From the IMG/VR virus record IMGVR_UViG_3300033067_001837, positions 32,001 through 96,000 of that record: DNA of 64,000 nucleotides; one strand, 5' to 3'. The position numbers and the translations under genes were made by a program. Within the stretch, counting starts at the first letter, position 1; each line of letters begins with the position of its first letter. Source of the stretch: a virus. Taxonomy: Duplodnaviria > Caudoviricetes. Of this stretch, positions 54,783 through 63,162 are shown piece by piece. The notes below the pieces were generated by a model. The model made no database searches, was not told where the DNA came from, and saw only the letters and a list, made by a program, of their open reading frames with translations.

Positions 54783-57700
54783 AAGCAGCTTTTCTCGGTT
54801 TTAAGCGTTTAACATTACTGGGGAGTTCTTCTTCTTTCTCGGCGTCTACGTCAGCGGAGTTGCGCACCAACCATGAATTCGTCAACCAGATAAACGCTTG
54901 AGAAATCGTATCGGCGGTGTCATTGGGATTACCGGGTCGAAAGGTACACATCTCGTCAATCACATCTTCCGCCCATTTCCGATCTGGATAATAAACCCGA
55001 CCGTTCTCAAACAAAGACTGTGCTCGATAGGCACGAGCAATCTTATCATGTTCGGGGTTAAACGCATGAATCGGCAATCCTGCCTTTCTTAAATCCTGCA
55101 CCAGAGAGATACCGGAGGATTTCTTTTCGATAATAATCTTGTCTGGACTGTATTCTCGATAAGCAGCTAATGCCTCTTTCCGTAGAGCCGAATAATCTAC
55201 CTGTCCTTTCCAACGTTCCAGCAAGATCACGTTCGCATAATCTTCATCGGCATGTTGAAACACACCCCACGTTGTGCGGGCGCTAAAAGAATTTGCCTTA
55301 ATGTCCTGTTCGGTATAGGCAGTATCCCAGGATTGAATAATATAACTGCATTCAGGAAGTGGTTTGCTGTCGGGCCATTTCTTCCACCAACCGCGCCGGA
55401 AGATTTCACCCTCTTCAACGAACGGCTTTTGTTGATAAAGAGCTTCCCAATCTCGCGCTGGGAGGGTGCGGCGAATCTTCTCCAGTTCTTCTATCGGGTA
55501 ACGCTCTGGCCACAGCGCCTCGCCTTTCTCGTTAATGGCGGGTAAGTCCAGATGTATCCAGTTTTCGTGACGATGTTCTTTAAGTAACCAACCCGCCAAA
55601 TCCTCAAGTTGCCACCGAGTCTGACAGACAATAATAGAACCACTATCCATTAAACGAGTGTAGGCAACGCTCGTATACCAGTCTTTGAGTTTGCGGCGAC
55701 TTGACTCCGAGTCACTGATTTCTCTCGATTTTATAGGATCATCTACGATTAAACAGTTTTTTACAACCAGGGGCGTCCCCTGGTCTGTCAGTGCTACGAA
55801 ATTATGGTGTTCAAAAACCTCTATGTCATACACTTCGACTAAATCGTTGTATACAGGCTCAACCATGCAAATGATGGCCGTCCCAACTTGTGAACCCTCA
55901 TGTGGCAGGAATGGCAAATAGTCACCATATTCTCCATTACATTGTTTGCTGGATTCTGGTCGATATGATGGATATGAAGAGTCTCCGTTGCATGGCAAGC
56001 CACACACCGCGACCCATCTCTCGCTAGAATCTCCGGTGTCATCCTCCTTAATGTACCTCGATCTATTTCCGTTCCGTCTTGATAATTCGAGTTGTTCTCT
56101 CCCATCATTCTTGTTGAATGACCCTTGTCTGCACATTCCTTTGAGCAATACCATATTCCCGTCCTTCCCCGTTTCTTCGCATACTCCATTTCCCTTCGAT
56201 CCTTCATAAACTCCTTCTGGTATTTCTAGCATTTCGTAGGCAAGTATATTCTGGCCTGCCGTAAGCGATTGGGCTTCGATGTAGCCGACCCCTGCAATGT
56301 AAAATGGGTGTTCTGGTGTGCAGGTGATTGACCCTCTGTTAGTGACAACTCTAACAAGCTCATGTGATTTTCTCCGAGATACGGCCACAATCGGCGACCA
56401 AACAAACGCATTGTTCTTTTCAGAAAACGACAATGCCATTACCGGAGAATTATATCTTAATATATCGGAAATATATATAATACCATGACTTGTTAATATC
56501 TTTGTGTCTCCTGGTAGACAATTTGCGCCACGACCCGTGAGCGCCCCGCCGACACCGACTGCGAAGTAGCCACCTGTTTTCGGATGCGCCAGATTGAATT
56601 TATCGACAGCCGCCGAGTCTTCGGCCAGTTTCACGTCAGGAAAGATTTCTTGAAACAGCGGATCAGCGATTTGGTTGCGGACTTTTCGTCCAAAGTCAGA
56701 GGCGAGGTCTTGCCCGTAGGAAGCCGCGATCACTCGTTTATCGGGGTTGCGTCCTAAATACCAGGCCGGAAAATACTCACTTAGGAGCATGGAATTGTGG
56801 GTAGGGATTAGGGTTCGACCTACAAGGTAGAGGCCGTCTGGAGAATCGACTTGAATACACTTACCTTGCTCACCGTTGGGCTGATAAATAACCTCAGTAA
56901 TCGCCAACCTTCTACGATCAATGGCTATCCAGTCGATTTGCTTCCTTGGAATTTTTGTTGGAATATCCAGTGTCGGCTGAAATCCAATATAGAAAACCGG
57001 CCTTTTTCCTACAATCCCACTACTGCTTGTGCAGGGCTGCTGTTCAGTAACATAAGGTCGTTGCCCAAGTCCTGTTAGTAGATCAACAATGGCGTCTTTA
57101 AGTATAACCGACACCGTAGAAATACGAACCCGCCCGGTTGAACGCTCAACATGTCCATCAGTATCAATCAGTCCTGCCAGCAAATCCAAGCGTTGATCTA
57201 ACGATGACCGAAGATAAATTTCCGGTATATTCTTTTCACCAAGAATTCTCAGTTCTCGCAGGGTTTGTCTAATACCTTGCCAACCAAACCCAACACTAAC
57301 AACACCTGTTGTTGCATGAGTGTTTTCGCTGGTCACCACAAACCCGCGCCGTTCGATCTCTTCTCTCGGCTCACGATCCTTTGGATGATAAACAAAATCT
57401 GATCCAGTAGATGTCCCGTCGCCCAACCAGACTCCCAGAAAATAAGGGTCTAATGGAAGATCGGCGTGATCAAACAACACTGAGCTAGTATCTGGTAGCT
57501 TAAATCTATAGTGATAACCACGTTTCCCAACCGGCCCGTGTCCTGGAGGTTGGGAAAAAAGATACTGAGTTTCTACCACGCGCCACTGGTGCATAAGGCG
57601 ATCAAAAACCCGCCATTCGTGTCTAGCGTGACAACGGATGGTTTCTCCAGAAGTTGTTTTAACCAAAAAATCATCTTGGTGAGTTTCAAACATATCACCA

Positions 57701-58380
57701 CTCGATATAGATTCCGCCAGCACCTCAACCGGATTGCCGGATGGATGAAAAACAAAGTCGCCAACCTTGAGTTCGCCGTGTGTTTTCCAGCCATCCATCG
57801 TTAAAACTGGGGTACTGTGGGCACATTCCTTTCCGTGCCTCGGTGGAACCGTGATCATCAACCGCTTAATCTCTCCCCGCTCCACTCGCTCCAGGTACTG
57901 CGCGATCAGACGATGATGCGTAGCAGGTTCATAGTTCGCCCACTGCAAGCAGGCGTAGGACAATAGGGCATCGTGCGCGAACGCCACCGCAGGATCACCG
58001 TCCACAATAATAGGAGGGTCTTGAATCGGGACGCCAGCCCTCATGCGTTTAATGATGGTGTGCCGCTTCTTGATCGACTTCCTGAGCGCTGCATCGCCCT
58101 TGCGCCCCACAGGATTTAAACACCCGCAGCTTTTACGTTTATTGTTCTGTAAGGCATAGGCTGACACCTCGCACAGCGTCCCGCAGTCGCACCAGCACTT
58201 CCAGTACACCCGCCCCTCCGTATGATGCGAAAAGGCGTATACCGTCAGGTGATGAATGTTCTTCCCGCGCATATCAAGAATGCGATGATTCTTGATCAGG
58301 GTTGTTTCAATCTCGGGGCAGGGAACCGGGTTCGGTTGCGGTTCGCGTTCGCGTTTAGGTCTCGGCTGTTTCTTGATCAT
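54775..58380 (-). CDS. terL: Terminase large subunit with two inteins and an N-terminal Cys-rich extension
   Basis: RLMITVPPRHGK|SMLLSEYFPAW, ALTGRGAN|CLIVDDPIK, QTRWQLEDLAG, LWPERY, ALYQQKP, IQSWDTA, IEKKSSG, NDTADTISQA. Confidence 0.95.
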   Translation of the reverse strand: MIKKQPRPKREREPQPNPVPCPEIETTLIKNHRILDMRGKNIHHLTVYAFSHHTEGRVYWKCWCDCGTLCEVSAYALQNNKRKSCGCLNPVGRKGDAALRKSIKKRHTIIKRMRAGVPIQDPPIIVDGDPAVAFAHDALLSYACLQWANYEPATHHRLIAQYLERVERGEIKRLMITVPPRHGKECAHSTPVLTMDGWKTHGELKVGDFVFHPSGNPVEVLAESISSGDMFETHQDDFLVKTTSGETIRCHARHEWRVFDRLMHQWRVVETQYLFSQPPGHGPVGKRGYHYRFKLPDTSSVLFDHADLPLDPYFLGVWLGDGTSTGSDFVYHPKDREPREEIERRGFVVTSENTHATTGVVSVGFGWQGIRQTLRELRILGEKNIPEIYLRSSLDQRLDLLAGLIDTDGHVERSTGRVRISTVSVILKDAIVDLLTGLGQRPYVTEQQPCTSSSGIVGKRPVFYIGFQPTLDIPTKIPRKQIDWIAIDRRRLAITEVIYQPNGEQGKCIQVDSPDGLYLVGRTLIPTHNSMLLSEYFPAWYLGRNPDKRVIAASYGQDLASDFGRKVRNQIADPLFQEIFPDVKLAEDSAAVDKFNLAHPKTGGYFAVGVGGALTGRGANCLPGDTKILTSHGIIYISDILRYNSPVMALSFSEKNNAFVWSPIVAVSRRKSHELVRVVTNRGSITCTPEHPFYIAGVGYIEAQSLTAGQNILAYEMLEIPEGVYEGSKGNGVCEETGKDGNMVLLKGMCRQGSFNKNDGREQLELSRRNGNRSRYIKEDDTGDSSERWVAVCGLPCNGDSSYPSYRPESSKQCNGEYGDYLPFLPHEGSQVGTAIICMVEPVYNDLVEVYDIEVFEHHNFVALTDQGTPLVVKNCLIVDDPIKSREISDSESSRRKLKDWYTSVAYTRLMDSGSIIVCQTRWQLEDLAGWLLKEHRHENWIHLDLPAINEKGEALWPERYPIEELEKIRRTLPARDWEALYQQKPFVEEGEIFRRGWWKKWPDSKPLPECSYIIQSWDTAYTEQDIKANSFSARTTWGVFQHADEDYANVILLERWKGQVDYSALRKEALAAYREYSPDKIIIEKKSSGISLVQDLRKAGLPIHAFNPEHDKIARAYRAQSLFENGRVYYPDRKWAEDVIDEMCTFRPGNPNDTADTISQAFIWLTNSWLVRNSADVDAEKEEELPSNVKRLKPRKAAYG
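55756..56520 (-). mobile_element. Intein (255 aa) in TerL just before Walker B, ending Lys-Asn
   Basis: GAN|CLPGDTKILT...CTPEHPF...VYDIEVFEHHNFVA...VVKN|CLIVDD; the in-frame central insert shows no endonuclease motif. Confidence 0.88.
55839..56207 (-). CDS. HNH endonuclease encoded in the +1 frame inside the TerL intein
   Basis: WYCSKEC...GENNSNYQDG...ILARDGSRCVAC...LHIHHIDQNPANNVMENMVTICHSCHMRVH; AAGGAG and AAGGA SD-like sequences before the first two ATGs. Confidence 0.85.
   Translation of the reverse strand: MKDRREMEYAKKRGRTGIWYCSKECADKGHSTRMMGENNSNYQDGTEIDRGTLRRMTPEILARDGSRCVACHATETLHIHHIDQNPANNVMENMVTICHSCHMRVHKLGRPSFAWLSLYTTI
56794..57828 (-). mobile_element. Class 3-type LAGLIDADG intein (345 aa) in the TerL Walker A motif
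   Basis: PPRHGK|ECAHSTPVLT...HARHEW...YFLGVWLGDG...LAGLIDTDG...KCIQVD...LIPTHN|S; W-C-T triad present. Confidence 0.88.
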
Positions 58381-58416
58381 GGGTTCTAAAAAAATGGCAG
58401 AGCCACAGTTCTTTTT

Positions 58417-58444
58417 ATTATGCGAAAAACCATTGTTTTGTCAA
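58417..58444 (-). promoter_or_regulatory. Putative terL promoter
   Basis: TTGACA-N16-CATAAT followed by a short hairpin and T7. Confidence 0.55.
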
Positions 58445-58890
58445 TCACATTGCTCAATAACCGCTTTATCGGGTTTTTCTAGCGATACCGATTTTTTCGT
58501 AGTCGATAGGGTGTTTAAACAATCAGCACCTTTAAATATCGCCAGCCCTTTCTGATAATCCCGCCATGAATACCGCCAGAGTATTTGTGGGTTAATCATT
58601 AATCGCATATTGCGGTTTGGCTGCGATAGCTGTTTCACATAGCCTTCATCTTTCAGGATAGAGAGCGCCCGTCTGATATGACTGACATCCATATCGGTCA
58701 TCTCCCCAAGCTCCCGATAAGTCAGATTGACATAATTCATCCTACCCATCTTCGACACCAGCGCCCCAAACACCCGATGTGCTCCAGCGTTAAGCTTCGG
58801 ATTCATCTGCATCGCTGTCCACTCTGTTAGGTTAGCTAACAGGTATAGACGATACGGGATAGGACTCCGATTAATTTCAAAAAGCGCCAT
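58441..58890 (-). CDS. RepL-like winged-HTH protein
   Basis: NYVNLTYRELGEMTDMDVSHIRRALSILKDEGYV...LMINPQILWR. Confidence 0.7.
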   Translation of the reverse strand: MALFEINRSPIPYRLYLLANLTEWTAMQMNPKLNAGAHRVFGALVSKMGRMNYVNLTYRELGEMTDMDVSHIRRALSILKDEGYVKQLSQPNRNMRLMINPQILWRYSWRDYQKGLAIFKGADCLNTLSTTKKSVSLEKPDKAVIEQCD

Positions 58891-58903
58891 TTTACCGCCT
58901 ATT

Positions 58904-59001
58904 TAACTTATTGATTTCTAAGAAAAAACGGTTTTTTATGGATCATTTAACGCAAATATTTGGGTTAAATGTACCATAAATGATACGTTAAGTCATTGAT
59001 T
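58904..59001. promoter_or_regulatory. 40-bp imperfect palindrome flanked by two IHF-consensus sites
   Basis: TAACTTATTGATT (58904-58916) and TAAGTCATTGATT (58989-59001) match YAANNNNTTGATW; palindrome at 58938-58977. Confidence 0.55.
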
Positions 59002-59105
59002 TCAAAGGAATTTTATATTTACCTTTATGATTTAATGGGGCATCGTAGCCAACGTGGCCCATGTAGCCAGGCCGTAGGCCCTAGAGGCGTAGCCACCAAG
59101 ATTAT

Positions 59106-59135
59106 TTGTAAATCTACTAACCACCTTGGTAAACT
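59106..59135 (+). promoter_or_regulatory. Putative plus-strand promoter with an operator variant
   Basis: TTGTAA-N18-TAAACT containing CTACTAACCACCTTGGTA. Confidence 0.45.
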
Positions 59136-59214
59136 ATAGCACAAAAATAGCAGGCTGTTCAAGGCACAGCCTGCTAGCCCCATCCATTCACTGTCCTTTC
59201 ACGGAGAACAGATC

Positions 59215-59358
59215 ATGGCTCAACGTGGCCCTAAGAAATTACCACCTGTCAAATGTACTGTCAATGGTTGCGAAACTCTAACCAACCGAAAAACAAAAGG
59301 CGTTTACTACTGTAACCACCCCATTGATTTCATGCAAGAACGAGGATTTTTACTATGA
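59215..59358 (+). CDS. 47-aa zinc-finger-like peptide (not in ORF track)
   Basis: GGAGA SD; MAQRGPKKLPPVKCTVNGCETLTNRKTKGVYYCNHPIDFMQERGFLL (C-x4-C...C-x-H). Confidence 0.5.
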   Translation: MAQRGPKKLPPVKCTVNGCETLTNRKTKGVYYCNHPIDFMQERGFLL

Positions 59359-59763
59359 AATCAAAAATAGGTGCGAAATGTCGAGGATATAACATATAAA
59401 TACATACCCGAGGCGCGGACGGGCGGGGGGGGTCGCATCGCGCAGGCCGGGGGGTGCCCGCGCAGGCCGCCGGATCGTGTGGGCTGGCGAGATTTCACAG
59501 AGGCATCTAAACAAGAAGTGTAGGAAAATTTAGTAAACTTTTTTTATTCTGTTCGCTGGGGCAAGCGAACGGAATATATTTATTCTCTCTATAAAGTCAG
59601 CAAAGCTTTGAGGGTAGGTCATGAACATCCTTGGCTGGATCGGAAATTTTGCCCTGTAGAAATTCACGATAATAACAATAATCTTGAATTTCTATGCGAG
59701 CTACGCGAAATCTGGCGGGTTATCCCCTTGCTCGACTCACAGATTTCACGTACAGCGCCGTTT

Positions 59764-60432
59764 TTATTTATTCTTTTGCGCTTTCTTTATTAGTTTTTTA
59801 TCCGGGCCGCTCGTTTCGGCAGTTCCGGTTATCAAAATAGGCTCATTTTTATTCGTTTCTGCCATAATCCATTCAGTAGCAATGCGTTTTTTTTGATCTT
59901 CTGTTAAAGAAAGCGTGTGTGTGTGCTTTATTTCTCCCGAAATATCTATTTTTCGCGTATCGCCGAACATTTGTGGATTAAATCTAGCCGCTATCCATCG
60001 TTTTGTTTCCGCCTTCAATCTGAGCAGTCCAACCTGCTCGGGCCTATCTTCTGTTTCAATATCTTCCATCATCTGTTCCACTATCGATGTAGCGGCACAA
60101 GATCGCGCTTCGTGATAGCGTTTCGCAAAATCTGGTTTCGTGGTAATCCAGAAATGGACAGATGCAGGATCAGGCATTCCTTCGTCTCTCGCAATGCGGA
60201 GGATGGTTTCGCCAGAAGCAAGCCTAGCGATAATCTGGTCAGCGATTTGGGGGGTATAGATATAGAGTGATGAAGATCGGCTAATCTGACGTGGTTCCTG
60301 TTCCTGCTGCTGCTGCTGGCGTCGTGCGCTGTCTATTATTTTTTTCAGATTGCTACCTGGTGCGGATTTTTTAGTTTTTCTCTTTGTGGCTACAGGTACT
60401 TCCTTATGTATCGCCGTTGTTTCAGTCATCAT
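59764..60432 (-). CDS. terS: Terminase small subunit (Sf6-like)
   Basis: YTPQIADQIIARLASGETILRIARDEGMP...FW...DFAKRYHEAR...KRWIAARFNPQMFGD. Confidence 0.85.
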   Translation of the reverse strand: MMTETTAIHKEVPVATKRKTKKSAPGSNLKKIIDSARRQQQQQEQEPRQISRSSSLYIYTPQIADQIIARLASGETILRIARDEGMPDPASVHFWITTKPDFAKRYHEARSCAATSIVEQMMEDIETEDRPEQVGLLRLKAETKRWIAARFNPQMFGDTRKIDISGEIKHTHTLSLTEDQKKRIATEWIMAETNKNEPILITGTAETSGPDKKLIKKAQKNK

Positions 60433-60520
60433 TCAGTCGTTGGGTAGTTGTTGTTGTTTTTTCCCTAGTCTTTTTTTTATTGAGCGTCAATATTATTTTC
60501 TATTTATTTTCAAAAGGGGG

Positions 60521-60549
60521 TTGTATTCTGGTTTCTTATGGGCTAATAT
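60521..60549 (+). promoter_or_regulatory. Putative sigma70 promoter for the rightward early-type operon
   Basis: TTGTAT-N17-TAATAT with an AT-rich upstream region. Confidence 0.5.
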
Positions 60550-60620
60550 TCTCCTTAGTTCGTTAGGAGGTGGGTTCAGGGAAAGAGGTGATAGTTCTTT
60601 CTAGGTCTTGGAGGTGTGTA

Positions 60621-60950
60621 ATGATGACGAAACTTTCTATTTCTGATTGTCGGTGCCTGGCGTCTAGGGCTTGGGCTATTCGCAGGTTCCATGCTGCGAG
60701 GCTAGGTGTTCCGATACGTTCAGTATCGTGGCGCGAATGTTTGTTGCTGGCTCGGGATGAATGGTTCAGGGCCGAAGAGGATCGTAAGCGTGCTTCTTCT
60801 CGGTCGGGGTGGTTTCCTCTGGTTCGGGTGAATTTAAACCCGGTTTGTTTGGAGGTTCGGTCTGCTCATTCTGCTCATAGTAGTTGTTCCTGGAGGACTA
60901 TAGGGTGTTCGCTGGTTTTGTTTCTTGTAGGGGGGGTAAGTATATGCTAG
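60621..60950 (+). CDS. Hypothetical early protein
   Basis: GGAGGTG SD before ATG 60621; C-terminal hydrophobic stretch. Confidence 0.6.
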   Translation: MMTKLSISDCRCLASRAWAIRRFHAARLGVPIRSVSWRECLLLARDEWFRAEEDRKRASSRSGWFPLVRVNLNPVCLEVRSAHSAHSSCSWRTIGCSLVLFLVGGVSIC

Positions 60951-61219
60951 TCGTTCCACTAATAGAGTCCTATAAAACTCTATTTCCTGGGCCAAAGCGG
61001 GCTTCACGTAAGGCGCTATATGCTGACATTATGGCACGTTGCGGTGGAAGTCGGAAGGTAGAGCATCGGATTATCAGGAAATGGGGAACGCGCGAGGTAG
61101 CGATTCCTGATGATGCACGGGAGGCCATGCAGGACGCAGTGATCGAGGCATGGACAGGGGAGTTCGACAAGGAGGGTTTGAAATTGGCGATTTCGGTATA
61201 TCCGAAAGAAATTTCTTGA
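60944..61219 (+). CDS. Hypothetical early protein
   Basis: G-rich SD; overlaps the upstream stop. Confidence 0.55.
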   Translation: MLVVPLIESYKTLFPGPKRASRKALYADIMARCGGSRKVEHRIIRKWGTREVAIPDDAREAMQDAVIEAWTGEFDKEGLKLAISVYPKEIS

Positions 61220-61315
61220 TTTTAGTGTAATTTTTCACTGGGGTGAGTAGATCGAACTACTCACCAAACCAGTCTTTCAACTGAACAACTACCTGGGGCA
61301 ACAGAGGAAAGCATC

Positions 61316-61426
61316 ATGGCATTCGTACCGGTGAAAGACCTCCGCAAATTGGAGGGTGAAGAGTTCGAGGCGGCCCATGCTAAAAACATGGAAATCATGA
61401 GCGCTGATGGGGGTGCCAAATCATGA
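61316..61426 (+). CDS. 36-aa hypothetical protein (not in ORF track)
   Basis: GAGGA SD; MAFVPVKDLRKLEGEEFEAAHAKNMEIMSADGGAKS. Confidence 0.5.
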   Translation: MAFVPVKDLRKLEGEEFEAAHAKNMEIMSADGGAKS

Positions 61427-61767
61427 TGAGCAAATTGGAGGGTACAGTTATGTTGCGTAGTCTACAGACTAATAATTCATCTACGCGTAAAGCGTGGTCA
61501 GATGCATATCGAGCGGCTCGGTCTTCTTCGAGGTCTTCTCTTCCAATATCAATATCATTGGACATGCCGTTATTCTTCGAGGCTTTAATGCTTGTTGTGG
61601 ACACAGCATCTGCTCTTCGTCATCGGCGCTGGTTGAGCCGTTCCATTCCTGAACTCGTTTCTTCTTCCTCTGCTTCTAACTCTACTGAAGTAGCGCGCTG
61701 GGTAGTTCCAGCGAGGTCAGCGCTGTACAGCCTGTGGAATCTACGTCGGTCGGGGGGTGCATCATGA
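61423..61767 (+). CDS. Hypothetical early protein
   Basis: ATGA-coupled on both sides; an alternative start at 61450 follows GGAGG. Confidence 0.5.
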   Translation: MMSKLEGTVMLRSLQTNNSSTRKAWSDAYRAARSSSRSSLPISISLDMPLFFEALMLVVDTASALRHRRWLSRSIPELVSSSSASNSTEVARWVVPARSALYSLWNLRRSGGAS

Positions 61768-62267
61768 TTATTCCGGTGATCAATTCTTTCAAGTTTTCGC
61801 ATCAAGGAATGATGTTTCTTGCGAACGTACTCAGTGATGAGTTCGCCGGAACACCATGGGAGGGTGATAGGGCAGACTTTCATGGGTTAGTCTCTGAATG
61901 GACTCAACGGGAACGGGTATGTGGTGAACGTGTTTTATGGAGGGATGATGGTTTTCGGAGGCTGTACGATCATCGCGCTTCCGTACAGCGATTTATGAAG
62001 GATTGCGTTTGTACTCGTGATCGGGCGCATGAAATTGCCAGAGAAGATTTCAAGCGTCTTAAAGCATGGTGTAATGGGGAGTGGGAATATTGTGGACTTG
62101 AAGTCAGTTTGCTAGATGACTTCAATGATGAAATCAATGGGTTTGAACAGACATTGTGGGGGCTTGAAAGCGATAATGGTGAATACTTGCGAGTTGTGGC
62201 AAGTGATTTAGCGGAGGAAATGATCGCGAAAGCGAGTTGCTTTGAAACAGCGGCAGGGGGTGTGTGA
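61764..62267 (+). CDS. Conserved-looking phage early protein
   Basis: ATGA-coupled start 61764; PWE...DFKRLKAWCNGEWEYCG...LWGLESD. Confidence 0.7.
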   Translation: MIIPVINSFKFSHQGMMFLANVLSDEFAGTPWEGDRADFHGLVSEWTQRERVCGERVLWRDDGFRRLYDHRASVQRFMKDCVCTRDRAHEIAREDFKRLKAWCNGEWEYCGLEVSLLDDFNDEINGFEQTLWGLESDNGEYLRVVASDLAEEMIAKASCFETAAGGV

Positions 62268-62536
62268 TGAAGTATCGCGTATACTTTCATGGGGGGTCTA
62301 GTTATGGTTGTGCAGATTGGAACGGAGAGCCTGACTATACTGTCTCATCGATAAAAAGGGCATGTGAGTTGCTAGATCGGATACCTAATAGTCGGCGATT
62401 TCCATGTGTTGATGCAATTCCACCTGAAGCAGGTGGTCCTGAATTAATTCTGTTTAAGGATGGGAATGATAGTGACTATCCTGACTTCGCAGTTTTTTTC
62501 GGGAAGCGTGGTGGTATTCGGATATCGCGATTATGA
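62264..62536 (+). CDS. Hypothetical early protein
   Basis: Coupled start; FHGGSSYG...YPD...GKRGGIR. Confidence 0.65.
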   Translation: MMKYRVYFHGGSSYGCADWNGEPDYTVSSIKRACELLDRIPNSRRFPCVDAIPPEAGGPELILFKDGNDSDYPDFAVFFGKRGGIRISRL

Positions 62537-62742
62537 GTAACATTATTATGAAAGCCGTACACAGTTATCTGTCCGCTGATGGCGCGAATAGCCTGGATGA
62601 AGTCCATGCCGTTTTGCGTGGACTCCCGCATCAGGATATAGCGGATCAGATTATCGCTGGGGATGAAAGCCAGCGCGATGCCGTATTGGCCGAACTGGCC
62701 GAAATACTAAGTGATCTTAACAGCCGGGGGGGGTGTAGTTGA
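62533..62742 (+). CDS. Hypothetical early protein
   Basis: ATGA-coupled. Confidence 0.55.
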   Translation: MSNIIMKAVHSYLSADGANSLDEVHAVLRGLPHQDIADQIIAGDESQRDAVLAELAEILSDLNSRGGCS

Positions 62743-62906
62743 TGAATCGAGTTAATTATTCTCTGTTCGGCTGGTATTGGCTTGATTGGAAGAACTACGA
62801 GCCTGGCTTGATGGATGATGAGGGTCGCTTTGTTTCGGTCTATCGTCTATTCGATAATACCCCAGCCTCTTTGTTTCTTTATCTGGCCGAAAAAGGTTTT
62901 TTCTAA
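62742..62906 (+). CDS. 54-aa hypothetical protein (not in ORF track)
   Basis: TGATG-coupled; MNRVNYSLFGWYWLDWKNYEPG... Confidence 0.45.
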   Translation: MNRVNYSLFGWYWLDWKNYEPGLMDDEGRFVSVYRLFDNTPASLFLYLAEKGFF

Positions 62907-62943
62907 TGCATCCTCAAAACGTAGACACTACGGAGAAAATGAC

Positions 62944-63162
62944 ATGAACGCAAAAAACTTTGCGAGAAAAGCTTTTGACGTGCTTACTGTGACGGGAGAC
63001 GGCGTTGAACTCTGGAAAAACGATCTGACATTTGACGAAGCGTTGGAGGAAATTAAAAACGCGAAATCTGAATTTGGCGGGCGTTATTGGATAGAGGAAG
63101 GTCGGATAAATCCTCTAGACCGAAAATTTTCTTTTTATGAGAGGTATCTTGATGGATGCTGA
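62944..63162 (+). CDS. Hypothetical early protein
   Basis: GGAGA SD before ATG 62944. Confidence 0.6.
   Translation: MNAKNFARKAFDVLTVTGDGVELWKNDLTFDEALEEIKNAKSEFGGRYWIEEGRINPLDRKFSFYERYLDGC

Noticed and set aside
60970-62290. Minus-strand ORFs in the early region
   Set aside because: They are antisense to a tightly coupled, SD-led plus-strand operon.
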